NCBI RefSeq assembly: GCF_004010195.1
Contig: NC_057755.1
Location: forward strand, 9,029,306-9,093,305
Reading direction: 5' to 3'
Length of the DNA stretch: 64,000 nt
Origin: Chiloscyllium plagiosum
Lineage: Eukaryota
Part shown: positions 60,968 through 64,000 of the stretch, one piece after another
How the letters are laid out: each line of letters begins with the position of its first letter
Numbering within the stretch: the stretch's first letter is position 1
Notes under the pieces: generated by a model
Seen by the model: the letters and a program-made list of their open reading frames with translations, nothing else
The model's database searches: none
Told to the model about the DNA's origin: nothing
Program-made: the position numbers and the translations under genes

Positions 60968-61990
60968 CTAAAAATGTGTTGCTGGAACAGAGCAGCAGGT
61001 CAGACAGCATCCAGGGAACAGGAGAATCGACATTTCGAGCATAAGCCCTTCTTCAGGAATGAGGAAATAGATGATGTGTGTGGAGGTACAGGTGAATTTG
61101 TGGCGGATATGGAAGTTTCCTTTGGAGCGTTGGAGGGAAGTGAGGGGGGAGGTGTGGGCGCAAGTCTTGCACCTCCTGCGGTTGCAGGGAAAGGTGCCGG
61201 GAGTGGAGGTTGGGTTGGTGGGGGGTGTGGATCTGACGAGGGAGTCGCGGAGGGAGTGGTCTTTACGGAACGCTGATGGGGAGGGGAGGGAAATATATCC
61301 TTGTTGGTGGGATCCGTTTGGAGGTGGCAGAAATAACGGCGGGTGATACGCTGTACATGGAGATTGGTGGGGTGGTAGGTGAGGACCAGTGGGGTTCTGT
61401 CCTGGTGACGGTTGGAGGGGCGGGGCTCAAGGGCAGAGGAGCGAGAAGTGGAAGAGATGCGGTGGAGGGCATCATGTACAGCCCTCCACCATCCATGTAC
61501 AGCGTATCATCCGCCGTCATTTCCGCTACCTCCAAACGGATCCCACCACCAAGGATATATTTCCCTCCCCTCCACTCAACACTTCAACTCCCCCTCCCAC
61601 TCCACCAAGGATATGCAGGTCTTTGGACTCCTCCATCGCCAGACCACAACAACATGACGGTTGGAGGAAGAGCGCCTCATCTTCCGCCTAGGAACCCTCC
61701 AACCACAAGGGATGAACTCGGATTTCACCAGTTTCCTCATTTCCCCTCCCCCCACCTTGTCTCAGTCAAATCCCTTGAACTTAGCACTGCCTTCCTAACC
61801 TGCAATCTTCTTCCTGACCTCTCCGCGCCCACCCCACTCTGACCTATCACCCTCACCTTGACCTCTTTCCACCTATCCCATTTCCAACGCCCTCCCCCAA
61901 GTCCCTCCTCCCTACCTTTTATCTTAGCCTGCCAGCAACACATTTTCAGCTCTGATCTCCAGCATCTGCAGACCTCACTTTCTCCTCGAA
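60968..61990. mobile_element. Rearranged PLE-derived element, 1023 bp, with 15-bp TSD and internal inversion
   Basis: GTTATTGAAGTAGAG at 60953-60967 and 61991-62005; PLE peptides HVQRIIRRHFRYLQTDPTTKDIFP on both strands and KDMQVFGLLHRQ..RLEEERLIFRLGTLQPQGMN. Confidence 0.9.
61025..61060 (-). ncRNA. Minimal type-I hammerhead ribozyme motif
   Basis: Reverse complement ATTC-CTGAAGA-A-GGGCTTATGCTC-GAAA-TGTC-GATT. Confidence 0.65.
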
Positions 61991-62947
61991 GTTATTGAAG
62001 TAGAGGCAAAGTACTGAATTAGTCTTTGGGCTGCATTTGCAGCAGGAGGATTGTTTCTATTAAAGCTACAGCACAAAGTTCTGTTTGCTCCTTGATTGTC
62101 CTCTTATTACCAACATCTTTAAATTTCAGAGAGCACGCTCTCAGTTCCACGAATCAATTGAATATTCTCTAGACTCGACAGTAAGTTTTCTGCATGCATC
62201 AGAGTAATCTGAAAACAAGAAAACTACAGTCTCGTCTGAGGGGGATGACAAAGATTGTAGAAGCAGCTACAGCAAATTGACCAGTAAATAACATTTAATG
62301 TGTTTCGCGTTTTCATTTATTCCTTAATGTGACTGTTTGTCATTCTGTCTTGGTGCCAAAGTACCAGCTCTAAATAAAGAAGATTGGTTGTGAAAACGCA
62401 GCCATTAGTTCGATTACTTCACTGCTGAAAATTATTCTGCTTTGGTTAGTACATTGTTAGCGAATTGTTTTGTTCCCATTCTGAGGGACAGACCTCATAT
62501 CGATATTAGTTATTCACAAAGTCTAGTTCTGATGATTTACAGAGTCTGTTTAGGAACCATTCAGAATACTTTTGCGAGGCACTGAGCATTTTAAAGTTCC
62601 TGCAGTTAAAATAACAATATAAGGATGCTGGTTTGATTTGGCTGTCAGTCATTGTATCTTACACAATGTAACCATTAATAATGGCACCTTCTACTATTCA
62701 CTTTGAAATAGTTGAAAGCAATTCACTGGGTGATGCGGGAAACAAGTCAACTTATCAGTCCCACCATTCTGAGTATTCAGTGATTTGTTATCCCTTAATG
62801 CACTTTCCATTACTCAGACACAGTTAATGAAAAATAGCATTTCACACTATTCTGAGTAGCAAACTTTTCACAAATTCACCACAAAGTTTGTAGACTTTCT
62901 TTTTCTGAAAGATTCTGTTTTATGACGTTGATTAATTTGGTTTTCAG

Positions 62948-63861
62948 CAAACTTGGCGACAATGATCATTCTCTCCAGGGGAAACTGTGGTCTTTCCAAT
63001 TGTACCACTGCCTACATGATGGCCATGGCAACAGCAGCTTTTCTGGTCATGATCTTCAATGTAACTGTCGTTCGAATTTTCAGTTATCACTTTACACATT
63101 CGTTCTTTTTCTACACTGGAGTTTGTAAGTTAATTAATTACATGAGCTCGGTTACCCTGTACATGTCAGTGTGGTTCACAGTCGCGTTCACGTTTGATCG
63201 GTATGTATCGATATGTTGTGAGAGGCTGAAAACAAAGTATTGCAGAGTAACGATAGCGGGTGCAGTTATGATGATCACCACTGCCCTGGTTTGTCTGGAG
63301 AACATACCCTTTTGGTTTGCATATGAGCCTGAACAAGTAATTGGTCATTTACGATGGGGTTGCCGCACAAAGTTGAACTTCTTCATTTCGCCATGGGGTA
63401 CAGCATTCTCCTGGTTACAAAGTATTTTAGTTCCTTGGCTTCCATTTTCTTTGCTACTCACATTTAATTGCTTGACAATCAGGCGTATTGTCGTCGCCAA
63501 TATATCTCGCAGAGCTGTCCGGGGACACAATAGTGAGAGTCAAAGAGACCCAGAGATGGAAGGTCGAAGGAGGTCCATTATTTTACTCTTCACGATATCG
63601 GGAAGTTTTATTCTTCTCTGGCTGACAGCAGCTGTGAGCTTTTTATCTACGAGGATGACAAACACTGCACATTATCGAGGTGATTATACAGCTCCTACCT
63701 ACATTGCCACTGAAACTGGCTACATGCTCATGTATTTGAGTTCATGCACTAACGTGTGTATTTATACAGCCACACAAAGGAAATTTAGGGAAGAACTGAA
63801 GGAAATGTTAGCATTCCCTTGGTCCTTTATTCTGATATTTGTCAATCGAAAGGAAAAGTGA
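62948..63861 (+). CDS. GPR139/GPR142-like class A GPCR, gene B, exon 2
   Basis: Acceptor ttttcag, 914-nt open exon; FDRY, SGSFILLW, SSCTNVCIY; 34 differences from gene A over the 302-aa ORF. Confidence 0.93.
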
Positions 63862-64000
63862 TAAAAAGAAAATCTTATCTCTGCCTCCTTTTCATTCCTC
63901 TGCCTGCGAAGGTTCTGATGAGGAGAAACAAATCCCTTGCATTTTACGTTCTGCAATTGTAAATTGTATACTTCAGGAAAGGATGGAAACCGTTGAGTTA

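Noticed and set aside
63910..63935. CTGATGAGGAGAAAC in the 3' UTR of both receptor genes, resembling a hammerhead core
   Set aside because: Only 3 nt separate CUGAUGA and GAAA, so there is no stem II, and there is no NUH triplet with a pairing stem I.

Overview
Vertebrate genomic DNA, repeat-dense and apparently from a shark (inferred from HE1/V-SINE-type SINEs, CR1-type LINEs and the receptor family). There is one assembly gap at 28403-28720. The window holds a cluster of class A (rhodopsin-like) GPCRs of the GPR139/GPR142-like type. Two genes are intact, each with two exons and 327 aa, and point away from each other. Gene A is on the minus strand (exons 14186-14255 and 10229-11142); gene B is on the plus strand (exons 57542-57611 and 62948-63861). 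They differ at 36 of 327 residues. Six decayed paralog remnants lie between them. The two genes sit in the arms of an old, large inverted duplication (about 10.1-25.0 kb mirrored by about 51.6-64.0 kb). Both promoters keep a TATA box and a TGATGCAAC element matching the C/EBP-ATF amino-acid-response consensus. The rest is decayed retroelements: CR1 LINEs, SINEs, a tandem Gmr1-like LTR element (domain order PR-IN-RT-RH) and many Penelope-like elements (PLEs). The PLE termini repeatedly carry minimal type-I hammerhead ribozyme motifs (CUGANGA-stemII-GAAA-CGUC) on both strands. Several occur as short palindromic, TSD-flanked, non-autonomous units; one has an empty site in the paralogous intron and one family repeats the same inversion junction at two loci. 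Repeat boundaries and identities were read by eye and are approximate.
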